Shown here: one piece after another, positions 46,856-59,137 of the stretch | Numbering within the stretch: the first letter of the stretch is position 1 | Layout of the letters: every line of letters begins with the position of its first letter | Source: Epithemia pelagica | Taxonomy: Eukaryota; Protista; Bacillariophyta | Direction of reading: 5' to 3' | Length of the DNA stretch: 64,000 nucleotides | Assembly (NCBI GenBank): GCA_946965045.2 | Contig: OX337240.1 | Span: 3,162,650-3,226,649 of the forward strand | Notes under the pieces: generated by a model | The model's input: only the letters and a program-made list of their open reading frames with translations | The model's database searches: none | Told to the model about the DNA's origin: nothing | Position numbers and translations under genes: made by a program

Positions 46856-49800
46856 CTAATAATATAGATCAGACTTGCCTTTTCGCTTCTGTGTTACTGA
46901 TCGTGACAGTAGAAGATGCAGTTTGGTCTCTCCTATTCTTCTCCTTTGTTGTTTTTTACTCATGAAACGGAGAGTTTCCAACGGTACACGACCCCATGCT
47001 GTCTCTGGAAATACAGGGACCGGTCTGTAGAGACCACGATGTTCCTCTTTTGACACGCCAACTTCTTCAACTGAACCATCATGTACATTGGTGTACGTAA
47101 TTGAAGCAATATCTCCGTTGCACAAAGGGCAACTCTCGTTCATTTCAGGAGGTGTCGATTTCTGTTTCCCCATAGGAACTTGTTTTTCGGTGGTAAGGAC
47201 TTGACCAAGACACACCCGACAAAACTTGTGCCCGCATCTCTCGATCCGACAGTCGTTAGGACGCTGTCCATGGCATATGGCACAATATTGTTCGGAGTCT
47301 TCATCATATTCATCTAGGACGATTGTCTTGTCTTTCTTCGCGATTAATTCTGTCTCATGTAGATCGTGTGGTATTAGCTCAGCATGCATATGACCGCATA
47401 TGGAACAAAATCGATTCTTCATCGAATTCCGGATGAAAGTACATGTTGGACAATGATAATGAGGACAGTTGGAGGTTTCTTGCCTTGTCCAACTCACGAT
47501 AGAAAAGGTCTGACTTCTATCCAGATCCTTTTTAAGCAATGAAGTCCCACAAGTGGAACAGAGTGCCTCTTTCTGATCTTCATCGTTCAATGTTCGTACC
47601 AGATCCAAAAATCGCCGATCTTCGTGAAGTCGTTCGAGCGCCTTGTCCGCTTCTGTAATCTCTTGTATCACTTTAATGTCCTCGAATCGTTCATCGTCGG
47701 AATCCAGCATATCTTCCATTACCTCCCCTCGATCTTTCCCTTCCATTATAAACCGGCGACTGCGTTTGATCCTTGGACGTGTATCGTCATTAACGTCCTT
47801 GAAACATACACGCAGAGTCGAATCACGTTTCGCTTTATTGATAGCCGTACTCACGATATGATTGCAGGCCTTGTGACATTCTCGCCTACACGATGGCAAT
47901 TCTTGAGCCCATTTCCCCATCATCTGATCACAGGACATATTAGGGGACGCCTTTGACAGGATCTCGTCGATCACACATATGATTGATACTTGGGGAAGCG
48001 TACACGCACTTGGTGCCACCGGATTCGGATACTTCTTATAAATGAATCTCCAGTCACATCCAACGAGCTCTTCCTTTATATCAACGCTCAAGAATGATTG
48101 GATTTTCTTTTCGTCGTCCAATAGCCTTAGTTTCCGTAGACATCGAATCACTGTAGGCCTCCACGAGCGAATATCCCTTGTCGATAATGGATCGAATATC
48201 AACACTTCTCTTTGATGTGCTTGTAAGAGGATTAAGACGGGATCAAAAGCTTCATACTTGGTAGTGACGACGACCAATGTAGTATCGGAAGATGACGAAC
48301 TCAAATCCATTGCAGTCGTTGTGTCCATTCTCAGACTATCTTCGTCAATTTGCTCAAAGCAAACGGACTTGTTGTGCCATTTATGAACCACCAGCACAAG
48401 CATCGACCTGAATATGAGGGGAGGGATCCCCTTAAACTCAGTCGTCTCTTGAGTATTCGTCCGTAGCAAAAGGTTTCGTCTGTACTGGCGATGTGGGACA
48501 AAAAGGACGTCCATTTTCCCATTGTCATGTTGTAGAGAACCATTCTTGTTGGTACAGCAAGCACAGGTAAAGACAAATCGCAAAACAACTTCATGGATGC
48601 TTCCCTTACGTCGAACGGCACTTTCTTTACAGAGATCCCAAGCTTCATTGATCGCTGACATCGACTGTTTGAGGGACCAGTTAGCCATATGAATCAAACG
48701 GTCGTTAGTGAAAGATGCAAGGTCGTCTGATGGACCAGGTTTATTCTTGAGAGGAGGTGGTTTCTTTGGTATTCCTTTAGGTTTGTCGCTACCGTGGTCG
48801 ACATGTGATTTACTTTCCAACAGACCCACCTTTGATTGAGAGGAAGTTTTTTTTGTCGTCGCTTGTTTTCCTTTTTGTGGTTTCTTTTTCAATGCAAGAG
48901 TATCAAAAATGGAACTCCGATCCTCCTCAGTCGCTGACAGAGACTGAGATGGTGATTTGCTCTCGTTATTTGAAACAGTGAAAATGGTAGAACTTGTTGC
49001 ACCATCACATCTACTGTCTGACGCTCGTTTACGGCGTTTCCTGTCTTGAGATCGTTGTTCATGTCGCCCCTTCTGATACTCCTTCGTCTTTGTAGCGTAT
49101 TCCCGTTCCATCGTCTGGTAATATGAAATTAGAACCGCCAAATTGGAATAGTCGTTCGCGGGATACTTAGCAGCTCTTGGTATGTCAAAATAAGGACGAA
49201 ACCAGCAATCAGGAAGTGTAAGGGCTAATGCTTTTTCAACATCGACTCCTTCCATTTCATAGGAGTCAGATTCCAATACCCGATAGACAGCTGCCATATG
49301 TTGAACGCTCCAAACCATTTCTCGGACTGCTATTGTTCTGTCTTTCCGAAACTTCGATCTATCAGACGTCATGTAGTCCAATATTTTTGCAGCCACGACA
49401 TTAAGCCGTCTCTCCATCGAATACGAGTTGAGGACAATATCAGCGAGCATAGGATGGGCTCCAAGAAACACCTTGAGGGATCGAGTAAAGCTTGCGCTCG
49501 ACTTTGATCTTGTCGTTGACGGGAATTCCTTGTCCCACAGACGAAGTGCGTCTCCATATAGAGTTTGTTCGAATAGGTCGATTCCTGGTGAAATAAAACT
49601 ACCAGCTCCGTCACTCTTGTTTCCCTCTTGTTGTTCTTCGATCGTCTCTACAAGTCTCAGTATCTTCGGGAAACAAACAGCAGCATGCGAGGCGATATCA
49701 CTGAAAATACTTGATCCACAGCGCAAGAGGGATACGAATATGGTTTCACCTCCATATGTAGTGGAGAAATCTGTCCAATTATCAGTGTTGGAATAAACAG

Positions 49801-49879
49801 AACGATACCACTCGATTGTATATTCATAACATATCAAGTCTGGGAAATATCGATCGGAATCTTCTACCGAATCAGCCAT
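46856..49879 (-). CDS. RING-finger protein (two Zn-finger clusters)
   Basis: C-terminal CAICHG...CGHKFCRVC...CPLC (C3HC4 RING) and upstream CSTC...CPHYHCPTC...CSIC. Confidence 0.7.
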   Translation of the reverse strand: MADSVEDSDRYFPDLICYEYTIEWYRSVYSNTDNWTDFSTTYGGETIFVSLLRCGSSIFSDIASHAAVCFPKILRLVETIEEQQEGNKSDGAGSFISPGIDLFEQTLYGDALRLWDKEFPSTTRSKSSASFTRSLKVFLGAHPMLADIVLNSYSMERRLNVVAAKILDYMTSDRSKFRKDRTIAVREMVWSVQHMAAVYRVLESDSYEMEGVDVEKALALTLPDCWFRPYFDIPRAAKYPANDYSNLAVLISYYQTMEREYATKTKEYQKGRHEQRSQDRKRRKRASDSRCDGATSSTIFTVSNNESKSPSQSLSATEEDRSSIFDTLALKKKPQKGKQATTKKTSSQSKVGLLESKSHVDHGSDKPKGIPKKPPPLKNKPGPSDDLASFTNDRLIHMANWSLKQSMSAINEAWDLCKESAVRRKGSIHEVVLRFVFTCACCTNKNGSLQHDNGKMDVLFVPHRQYRRNLLLRTNTQETTEFKGIPPLIFRSMLVLVVHKWHNKSVCFEQIDEDSLRMDTTTAMDLSSSSSDTTLVVVTTKYEAFDPVLILLQAHQREVLIFDPLSTRDIRSWRPTVIRCLRKLRLLDDEKKIQSFLSVDIKEELVGCDWRFIYKKYPNPVAPSACTLPQVSIICVIDEILSKASPNMSCDQMMGKWAQELPSCRRECHKACNHIVSTAINKAKRDSTLRVCFKDVNDDTRPRIKRSRRFIMEGKDRGEVMEDMLDSDDERFEDIKVIQEITEADKALERLHEDRRFLDLVRTLNDEDQKEALCSTCGTSLLKKDLDRSQTFSIVSWTRQETSNCPHYHCPTCTFIRNSMKNRFCSICGHMHAELIPHDLHETELIAKKDKTIVLDEYDEDSEQYCAICHGQRPNDCRIERCGHKFCRVCLGQVLTTEKQVPMGKQKSTPPEMNESCPLCNGDIASITYTNVHDGSVEEVGVSKEEHRGLYRPVPVFPETAWGRVPLETLRFMSKKQQRRRIGETKLHLLLSRSVTQKRKGKSDLYY

Positions 49880-50029
49880 ATTAACGTGCGATTCAATCAG
49901 CTTGGGGAAGAAACGAGGAGAAATTTTCTTTCGATGCAGGGTTCCGATGCAACTTGATACTACCGTTTCTCAAGCTTGCGTGATGGAAACCCTGGAGGGT
50001 CTTGGTCGATAGGGATGGAGGAGTGAGGG

Positions 50030-53000
50030 ATATGGGTGTACCAACTTGATGTCTCGGTCCTTCCAGTCAAGAATCAGTAGCAAATACAACAATCCAATAG
50101 GGTCTTGGTCGATAGAGATAGAAGATAGAAGTATGGGGGCGCAACAACTTGGTGTCTCGGCCCTTCAACAGAACCACCAATCAAGATATAGCAATCCAAT
50201 GGAGTCTTCTTGGTCGATGTAGATGAAGGAGGGATGGAGAGGGGTGCACCAACTTGGTGTCTCGGCCCTTGTTCCAATAGGGAAGGAGTAGCAACACAGC
50301 AATCCAACAAGGTCTTGGTCGATGGTGATGGAGGAGTGAAAATCGGGTGCACCAACTTGGTGTCTTGATCCTTGTTCCAATCGAGAAGGAGTGGCAACAC
50401 AGCAATCCAACAGGGTCAAGGTCGATGGAGATGGAGGGGTGAAGGAAATGGGTGCACCAACTTGGTGTCTCGGCCCTTATTCCAATCAGGAAGGAGTAGC
50501 AACACAGCAATCCAACAGGGTCAAGGTCGATGGAGATGGAGGGGTGAAGGAAATGGGTGCACCAACTTGGTGTCTCGGCCCTTGCTCCAATCGGGAAGGA
50601 GTAGCAACACGGCAATCCAACACGGTCTTGGTCGATGGAGATGGAGGGGTGAAGGAAATGGGTGCACCAACTTGGTGTCTCAGCCCTTGTTCCAATTGAG
50701 AAGGAGTAGCAACACAGCAATCCAACGGGGTCTTGGTCGATGGAAATGGAGGGGTGAAGGAAATGGGTGCACCAACTTGGTGTCTCAGCCCTTGTTCTAA
50801 TCAAGAAGGAGTAGCAACACAGCAATCCAACGGGGTCTTGGTCGATGGAAATGGAGGGGTGAAGGAAATGGGTGCACCAACTTGGTGTCTCGGCCCTTAT
50901 TCCAATCAGGAAGGAGTAGCAACACAGCAATCCAACAGGGTCAAGGTCGATGGAGATGGAGGGGTGAAGGAAATGGGTGCACCAACTTGGTGTCTCAGCC
51001 CTTGTTCCAATCGGGAAGGAGTAGCAACACAGCAATCCAACAGGGTCTTGGTTCATGGAAATGGAGGGGTGAGGGAAATGGGTGCACCAACTTGGTGTCT
51101 CGGCCCTTGTTCCAATTGAGAAGGAGTAGCAACACAGCAATCCAACAGGGTCTTGGTCGATGGAGATGGAGGGGTGAAGGAAGAGGGTGCACCAACTTGG
51201 TGTCTCAGCCCTTGTTCCAATCGGGAATGAGTAGCAACACAGCAATCCAACAGGGTCTTGGTTGATGGAAATGGAGGGGTGAAGGAAATGGGTGCACCAA
51301 CTTGGTGTCTCGGCCCTTGTTCCAATCGAAAAGGAGTAGCAACACAGCAATCCAACAGGGTTTTAATCGATGGAAATGGAGGGGTGAAGGAAATGGGTGC
51401 ACCAACTTGGTGTCTCGGCCCTTGCTCCAATTGAGAAGGGGTAGCAACACAGCAATCCAACAGGGTCTTGGTCGATGGAGATGGAGGGGTGAAGGAAGAG
51501 GGTGCACCAACTTGGTGTCTCAGCCCTTGTTCCAATCGGGAAGGAGTAGCAACACAGCAATCCAACAGGGTCTTGGTTCATGGAAATGGAGGGGTGAGGG
51601 AAATGGGTGCACCAACTTGGTGTCTCGGCCCTTGTTCCAATTGAGAAGGAGTAGCAACACAGCAATCCAACAGGGTCAAGGTCGATGGAGATGGAGGGGT
51701 GAAGGAAATGGGTGCACCAACTTGGTGTCTCGGCCCTTATTCCAATCAGGAAGGAGTAGCAACACAGCAATCCAACAGGGTCAAGGTCGATGGAGATGGA
51801 GGGGTGAAGGAAATGGGTGCACCAACTTGGTGTCTCGGCCCTTGCTCCAATCGGGAAGGAGTAGCAACACAGCAATCCAACAGGGTCAAGGTCGATGGAG
51901 ATGGAGGGGTGAAGGAAATGGGTGCACCAACTTGGTGTCTCGGCCCTTGCTCCAATCGGGAAGGAGTAGCAACACGGCAATCCAACACGGTCTTGGTCGA
52001 TGGAGATGGAGGGGTGAAGGAAATGGGTGCACCAACTTGGTGTCTCAGCCCTTGTTCCAATTGAGAAGGAGTAGCAACACAGCAATCCAACGGGGTCTTG
52101 GTCGATGGAAATGGAGGGGTGAAGGAAATGGGTGCACCAACTTGGTGTCTCAGCCCTTGTTCTAATCAAGAAGGAGTAGCAACACAGCAATCCAACGGGG
52201 TCTTGGTCGATGGAAATGGAGGGGTGAAGGAAATGGGTGCACCAACTTGGTGTCTCGGCCCTTATTCCAATCAGGAAGGAGTAGCAACACAGCAATCCAA
52301 CAGGGTCAAGGTCGATGGAGATGGAGGGGTGAAGGAAATGGGTGCACCAACTTGGTGTCTCAGCCCTTGTTCCAATCGGGAAGGAGTAGCAACACAGCAA
52401 TCCAACAGGGTCTTGGTTCATGGAAATGGAGGGGTGAGGGAAATGGGTGCACCAACTTGGTGTCTCGGCCCTTGTTCCAATTGAGAAGGAGTAGCAACAC
52501 AGCAATCCAACAGGGTTTTAATCGATGGAAATGGAGGGGTGAAGGAAATGGGTGCACCAACTTGGTGTCTCGGCCCTTGTTCCAATTGAGAAGGGGTAGC
52601 AACACAGCAATCCAACAGGGTTTTAATCGATGGAAATGGAGGGGTGAAGGAAATGGGTGCACCAACTTGGTGTCTCGGCCCTTATTCCAATCAGGAAGGA
52701 GTAGCAACACAGCAATCCAACAGGGTCAAGGTCGATGGAGATGGAGGGGTGAAGGAAATGGGTGCACCAACTTGGTGTCTCAGCCCTTGTTCCAATCGGG
52801 AAGGAGTAGCAACACAGCAATCCAACAGGGTCTTGGTTCATGGAAATGGAGGGGTGAGGGAAATGGGTGCACCAACTTGGTGTCTCGGCCCTTGTTCCAA
52901 TTGAGAAGGAGTAGCAACACAGCAATCCAACAGGGTCTTGGTCGATGGAGATGGAGGGGTGAAGGAAGAGGGTGCACCAACTTGGTGTCTCAGCCCTTGT

Positions 53001-53470
53001 TCCAATCGGGAATGAGTAGCAACACAGCAATCCAACAGGGTCTTGGTTGATGGAAATGGAGGGGTGAAGGAAATGGGTGCACCAACTTGGTGTCTCGGCC
53101 CTTGTTCCAATCGAGAAGGAGTAGCAACACAGCAATCCAACAGGGTTTTAATCGATGGAAATGGAGGGGTGAAGGAAATGGGTGCACCAACTTGGTGTCT
53201 CGGCTCTTGTTCCAATTGAGAAGGGGTAGCAACACAGCAATCCAACAGGGTCTTGGTCGATGGAGATGGAGGGGTGAAGGAAGAGGGTGCACCAACTTGG
53301 TGTCTTTTGCCCTTTGTTCAATAGAATCCTCACCAATCCGACCGTTCAGATCGTTGAAAATGGTCTTCTGGGATAATAGGAGGGAAGAAGCAGCGGCAAT
53401 CCAGCAATCCAACCAGTTTTGGTCGATGGAAATTGATGGGAGAATGAAATGGGTGCACCAACTTGGTGTC
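50030..53470. repeat. 105-bp tandem satellite (~32 copies) with higher-order duplications
   Basis: Unit GGGTGCACCAACTTGGTGTCTCGGCCCTTGTTCCAAT... at 50450, 50555 and onward. Matching variant blocks 1365 bp apart (50733/52098). Degenerate at both edges. Confidence 0.95.
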
Positions 53471-53730
53471 TTCGCCCTTTTTCAAACAGAACCACCAATC
53501 CAGTCGTTCAAAGCGTTGAAAATTGTCTTGTGGGATGATAGGAGGGAAGAAATAGTTGCCAAACAGCAATCACATGGTTGGGTTTTCATGGAAACAGAAG
53601 AAAATGATTAGTGGGCATATAGGAAAACGACAAAACGAACTCTCACTGTTGTCTTGTCGACTTGGCTTACCTAGCACCTTTCCAATTTGAAAAAGGAAAT
53701 GATTCTCTTTGTGTTCGCCTGTTTGTTGTA

Positions 53731-53786
53731 GCTGTTGTTGTTGTTGTTGCTGTTGTGTTGTTGTTGTTGTTGTTGTTGCTGCTGCT
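53731..53786. repeat. (GTT/GCT)n microsatellite
   Basis: Imperfect trinucleotide run seen directly. Confidence 0.85.
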
Positions 53787-54084
53787 GTGTGTTTTTTGGG
53801 GCGTTGGGGGTTGGTGTGAGTTGGATGAGGCACTCTATGACACTATCGTCAAAAAGTGATCACAAAAGTGGGAGAGTATATCTTTTGTGTGGTTGTTGTG
53901 TGAGAAAAATCTAATTTTCAGCGTTCTTCTGTGATTTTGTGTCCATTGTTCTTCGTATGTCACTGTGACGTGATTTGGTGGTGGAGGAGAAATTTGTGGG
54001 TCGCTTTTGGAGTTTACGTGCGACTGGAATACTAGGTGATATATGTGTAGCTAGTAGTTAGGTATCTAGGCAAAGGTTAGGCTC

Positions 54085-54270
54085 TGTGCACGCGTTTCCA
54101 CATACAATAAACATGCTCACGCGGGTGTCAACACGTTTCACGCGTTGTCTACACGTTTCACGCGCATTCACGCGCAATCTGGAGCGCCACGCGCTTCGTA
54201 CGCGCCAAATGCGCGTGATCCGTGTTCTGGGGGTGCTGCACGCGCCTATTGGGCGTGTGTCACGCGCCTG
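54085..54270. repeat. Subterminal (C)ACGCG repeat cluster of the giant transposon
   Basis: About ten CACGCG/TACGCG/CGCGTG motifs within 230 bp of the right TIR; the same motif occurs at 31141-31175. Confidence 0.7.
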
Positions 54271-54316
54271 TTGGTGGAATTCCAGTCACTTATCTTCAAA
54301 AAACCTCCTTAGACGC

Positions 54317-57300
54317 GGGGAGTCAGGAATAATGGTAGCTTCCTCGTCTTGCTCGTAGTCCTCAGCAAAGTACTGGTCAGGTGAGTATTGGGAGGTAGTT
54401 GCACGAAGTCCTGGTCCAGCTTGAGGTCCTGGAATAGGAGAGGGTTGATGACCCTAGCCTTAGCCAGGCTGGCCCTGTTGTTGGGTTGGGTAGCTTTGTC
54501 CTCTAACTCTTGTTTGTTGGTGTAGCTCAATCTGTACTCAATGTAGATGGGTAAGTATGATCTCCAATGCGACTGCAGGGCAATGAGCGATGAGACTGTT
54601 AATCTGATAAACTTCTCTCGATTCAACAGGGGTTAGACAGATAGGTAGGATAGGTAAAAGGCTCGCTGAGCCGACAATCGAATCACCAACCGATACAACA
54701 ATCCTCCACGGGTCAGAGAAGAGTTGCAAGTCGAAGTCCGCCGTGGGTGGGGGCAGTCGGTCCACTGATAAGAGGTTAGTCTTAAGATGAGTTTTAAATG
54801 GTGATATTAATGATTGTGAGACGATTACTAACTAAGGTGGTTGATGGTGCCGAAGTCCTGGCTCTTGTATACGGCCATGGATCTGGTGTGATAGGTCCTC
54901 ACTGGTTGGAGTAGACCGGCATTGGTGTATATTGAATGTATAGGGTGATGGATAACATGTATGGGATGCAACAGCTCTTGCTTTGTCGTGGTTTAAGTCT
55001 TGTGCTGGGCGCGTTGCTGTTTGCATTCTTGGATTTGTGGGAACAGAGATATGGTCTCGCGTGATCGTGATTCGTGCTTTGATAACATAGACCGTTAGGT
55101 CGAATCGTGGATGTGCGTACTCGGATAGTCAAGGCGCGCATTCGATGGTTTTGGGCGCGCACGTGTTGGGCCATAGTTAATATCCAGGCGGTCGCCGATA
55201 ACACGTGCAATGCGAGCATGCCATGGCCAAATTTATAGTTTCGCGAGCATGCCGACATTCCTTCCTCACTTTTAGGAAAATGTCATCGGATGTCATAAAA
55301 TACTAGCATCATTCGATGAGTTGTAGGTTTCGCCACCTAGTTTTCGGTGAGAATCCTAACACTCCCCACAATTTGTCGAATGAGGATTGTTATTTTCCTT
55401 GTCATGCTTCTGAACGTTTCCTCCCCAGAAGAATATGATCTTGAACATGGTCCATACTTTCGAGAATTTCCAATGCTTGTTGAGAATGTCTCCTGGATGT
55501 TCTCATAGTCATCATTCTTGAGTTGGTAGGTCTTGTCGATGCCCTTTGAGCTATGCTCCCCAGGTGCCTTCTTCATCCAAACATTGGGATCTGCTTTAGT
55601 TGGTGACAAATCCATATCAATTGGGGTGTCAAAGAAACAGTCACGCCGACATGCTCCTGAAGATTTTAATCCCTTGGAGGCCTTGTGCGTAATCAAGATG
55701 TGACCTGATTCCTTGAGTTCTTGTCTTGCAACTATCAAGATCTTCTCTCCAGATAAAGCTTCCAGGTCGTGCGCATTTCCAACTTTTGCTCCCCATATAT
55801 CCACATCATTGAGAATCCCAAGACAGGTGGTTGTATGGAAGTTGTGAATGGAAGTAGTACACAAAAAGATTACCTCAACCAGTTCTTTGGTAAAAGCCTC
55901 GTCTGTGATGAGAAGTGCTGGGCAACTATCATCATGGTTTACAAGATGGATTCGAATCTTGTTCTTCTGATACTCTTCTGGTGATGCATTTATCATTTCC
56001 CTTCTTTTGAACTGAGCTTGAACGCAATCCTTGATTTTTGTGAGGGATTGGATCTGTGAAACCTGAAAGAGCTCAACTTCGGTAGTGTCGTGCCACTTTC
56101 TTTTACCATGTTGCTTGTCTAACAAAACAACTAATTCTTCATTTGTCTTTGAAACTTGATAACCAAACTTGTACTTGATGGAACGACAGACTTGCTTGAT
56201 TCTTGACTGCTGTTTGGCAGCTTGAACAAGGCATTTACTGGTCTTGACAAAATGCTTGAGATGTTTCCATCCAAGTTCATTCAATAGATCATGTTTCTTG
56301 GCATAGGCATCATTTACCACGAGTGACGGAGGCTCATAGATCATCGCCCCAGTCTCCCAATCAACAAGTATATTACAGTGACTTCTTTTGTAGTCAGGAT
56401 TGTTGCTAATACTTGACGGTTCTTGATCTGCAACAACGTCTCTGAACTGGAAAACGTCATCTTCAGTTGCCTGTGCTTGGTTGTCCTGTTTGATGTATTC
56501 CATATGTTGACGGTATGAAATTATCTTGTCAATGTCGGAAATGGATTTGCAGAAAGTGTACTTGATATAGTCTTTTTGCTTGAGAGCATCTTGTTCTAAA
56601 TCAACGATGCATCTGATAAGACATGGTTGTGGTTGCTCCCCATTATATGGTTGTCGTTGCTCCCCATTTTCCTCTGGATCATAAACAAGGAAAGGTTGTC
56701 CAATAGTGTTATCACATTTGATCATAGGCATTTGCGTGGATGAATCTTCACCTTTGCTACAAATGAAAATGGGTTTATTTGGAAGCTACTCCTCTCCTGA
56801 AGAGGTATCCACACAAAGGTTGCTGGGTGGCGTGGGTGCATCATGAAGAATGGCAGAGTAACAAAGGGTTTGAGTGTCCAGAGACAAAGTATCACCAATA
56901 GAAGGGGCAAAAACAAGCCAGTAGCCAAGTGTCGTGACAAAAGAGGGAGGGTAGGGACGGTAGGGACGGTAGGGACGGTGGGAGAGGGCATATGATTCGG
57001 TAAAGTAGGGGGCCTTGTCCCAGATAAGGAAGAAAAGTGGGTGGGTAATGCCGGGTGGGCGACCATTGAGGATCTCAAGAGGGATATGGCCCGAAACGGT
57101 CACGGCATATGTTGTCCTCTTAACGGTCTGGTAACGGTTCTCAGCCATGTTCTGATCTTGGAGGTATGGTTTGGAACAGTATTCTCCAAGCAGGGGTGTG
57201 AAGAAGGAAGGCGTATCAGGTCCATGATCGTAAGGTAAATCCAAGAGAAGGTTGAGGTTACAGACAACACGATTGGTATACTTCCCAAAAGCATCATGCG

Positions 57301-59066
57301 GATTGTTGCCATCATTTTCAACAGTCCTTGAAGAAGGTGCCGTATCTTGCATGGGATCAAGATACCAATGATTATAGCCAGTCAATTGATTGTCACCGGA
57401 GAAAGTAGACATGCGAGAGAGCAGATGTCGAGATATCTCAACTTTCTGTTTACAGTTGTTGTTCTCGAGACAATCATTAGGGATGGATGTTGCCTTGATA
57501 TTGGACACCAAATTAGCAAGATCAGATGTTGGATGATTGACATCAATATTGGTCACAACTTGTGGAACCAACCGGGTAATCAGATCAAAGAAATTATCTT
57601 GATGGTCTTGGGAATCATCTTGAATCATGTCGTCAATCCATGCACGACCAGGGTCGGGATCAGGTTCCGGCTCAATGTCAAGAGTATGCGTCTGTTCCAT
57701 GCATGCAGTTGTTGATGACAGATTCTGGGTAGACTTGTTGTACGCAATGATTACTTGACGACTATTGTCGTTGAGTTTACTCCACAGATCTCTTGGAAGA
57801 CTGATCTTTGGACGAAGCGAAGATGATTTCTTGGTCTTCACGTTAGTTCTCTTAATCATGCGGTGTTTTTCTTTGGGTGATAGATCTTTGATATCAAAAT
57901 CTTGATCATATTGAAAGTCGCATTGCTTGGTATGCTTAAGTCGGTTAGACTTTGGTGCTCGAGTTGCTTGGTCATGATCATATGCGGCATCAAGGAGAAG
58001 ACGGAAATATGATTGATAACAAAGTGTCTTTGCACCAGACAAGATGTTGACTTGTCGTAAATCAGGTACCTTTTCAACGGCTTTCATCAGGAAGGTCATC
58101 CTAGTGGAGTGGCCAGGAATGTGATCAAACATTGATCCCAGATTGTCGAGAAGATGGAATTGGTGTTGAAAGTGGAGAAGAAACTGATAGGTTGTGCCGT
58201 GCCATGAATCATCGAGACAAAGATTGGAGATGTAGTTGTTAAGACGTAGCACCTCTCTTTTTGCTAAACAAAATGACGAAATGCAACCTTGGTTCAGACG
58301 GAGCTTGGTGAAGTCTGCATTGATTCTCCAATGATCATAATTGGCCTTGGTGAGGTTCAACCAGGTAGAGCGAGGTAAATCAGACTGCTGCAGGGTTGAG
58401 TTTGTTCTCGTGACCAATGTGCTAGGATCTTCAGTTGATGCCTTGTAAATGTCTTCAGATCCATCGTCTTGTTCCCATACTTGTATTGTCCAAGGTCCTT
58501 GATATTCTTTTCTGGATTGACTGCAAGATAGTCGATGACATTCAGAATGTGTTCGAAACCACTATGTTTTATCCATTGATGAAGGGCTTGAGCTCGTTCT
58601 TCATCACATTCAAATAGATGCTGGGTGATATGATTGAACACTTGTGTATCTGATATGTCAGGCGGTACTGAGTCGTCAGAAGGAAGAGAAGGTGTCTTGG
58701 GGTATGTTGGATCCATGGTAGTATATGGTTGGTTCGTTGTTTATTTAATGTGTGGTGTGATCTGAACCCAGATGTACCACGTGTGTGCCACGTATATCAG
58801 TACCCGGATGTGTGTTGTGCTGGGAACCCGGATGTGTGGAACTCGGTTTTGTCTCTGGTTTGTTGTGGAAACTACTTAAAGATACTTATCCTTGGTCACT
58901 TTCGGACTTGTTGCGGTGATCGAGTTGAACCGGGGAGTCAGGAATAATGGTAGCTTCCTCGTCTTGCTCGTAGTCCTCAGCAAAGTACTGGTCAGGTGAG
59001 TATTGGGAGGTAGTTGCACGAAGTCCTGGTCCAGCTTGAGGTCCTGGAATAGGAGAGGGTTGATGA
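54317..59066 (-). mobile_element. Degenerate Ty1/copia (CoDi-like) unit, copy 2, plus the first 135 bp of a third tandem copy
   Basis: 54654-58931 matches 26887-31123, and 58932-59071 repeats 54317-54456 (period 4615 bp). ORFs 55337-56731, 56786-58417 and 58357-58716. Confidence 0.8.
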
Positions 59067-59137
59067 CCCTAATAGTTTTGCTAGGAATTGACCTTTTTCC
59101 GGTGCGCACTAAGTTCACTCTGTAGAATCACATGCGC

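Larger units (their letters stand above)
31124..54316 (+). mobile_element. 23.2-kb giant CMC (EnSpm/Plavaka-like) DNA transposon with cargo
   Basis: Termini GCGTCTAAGG...CCTTAGACGC. The flanks rejoin exactly to the uninterrupted site GTTGAACCGGGGAGTC at 58924-58939 (a CG TSD with 9-bp TIR, or no TSD). Subterminal ACGCG repeats; internal CMC-type transposase. Confidence 0.8.

Noticed and set aside
50074-53611. Many ORFs of up to 389 aa with 35-aa repeats
   Set aside because: By-products of a 105-bp satellite open in several frames on both strands; no unique coding context.
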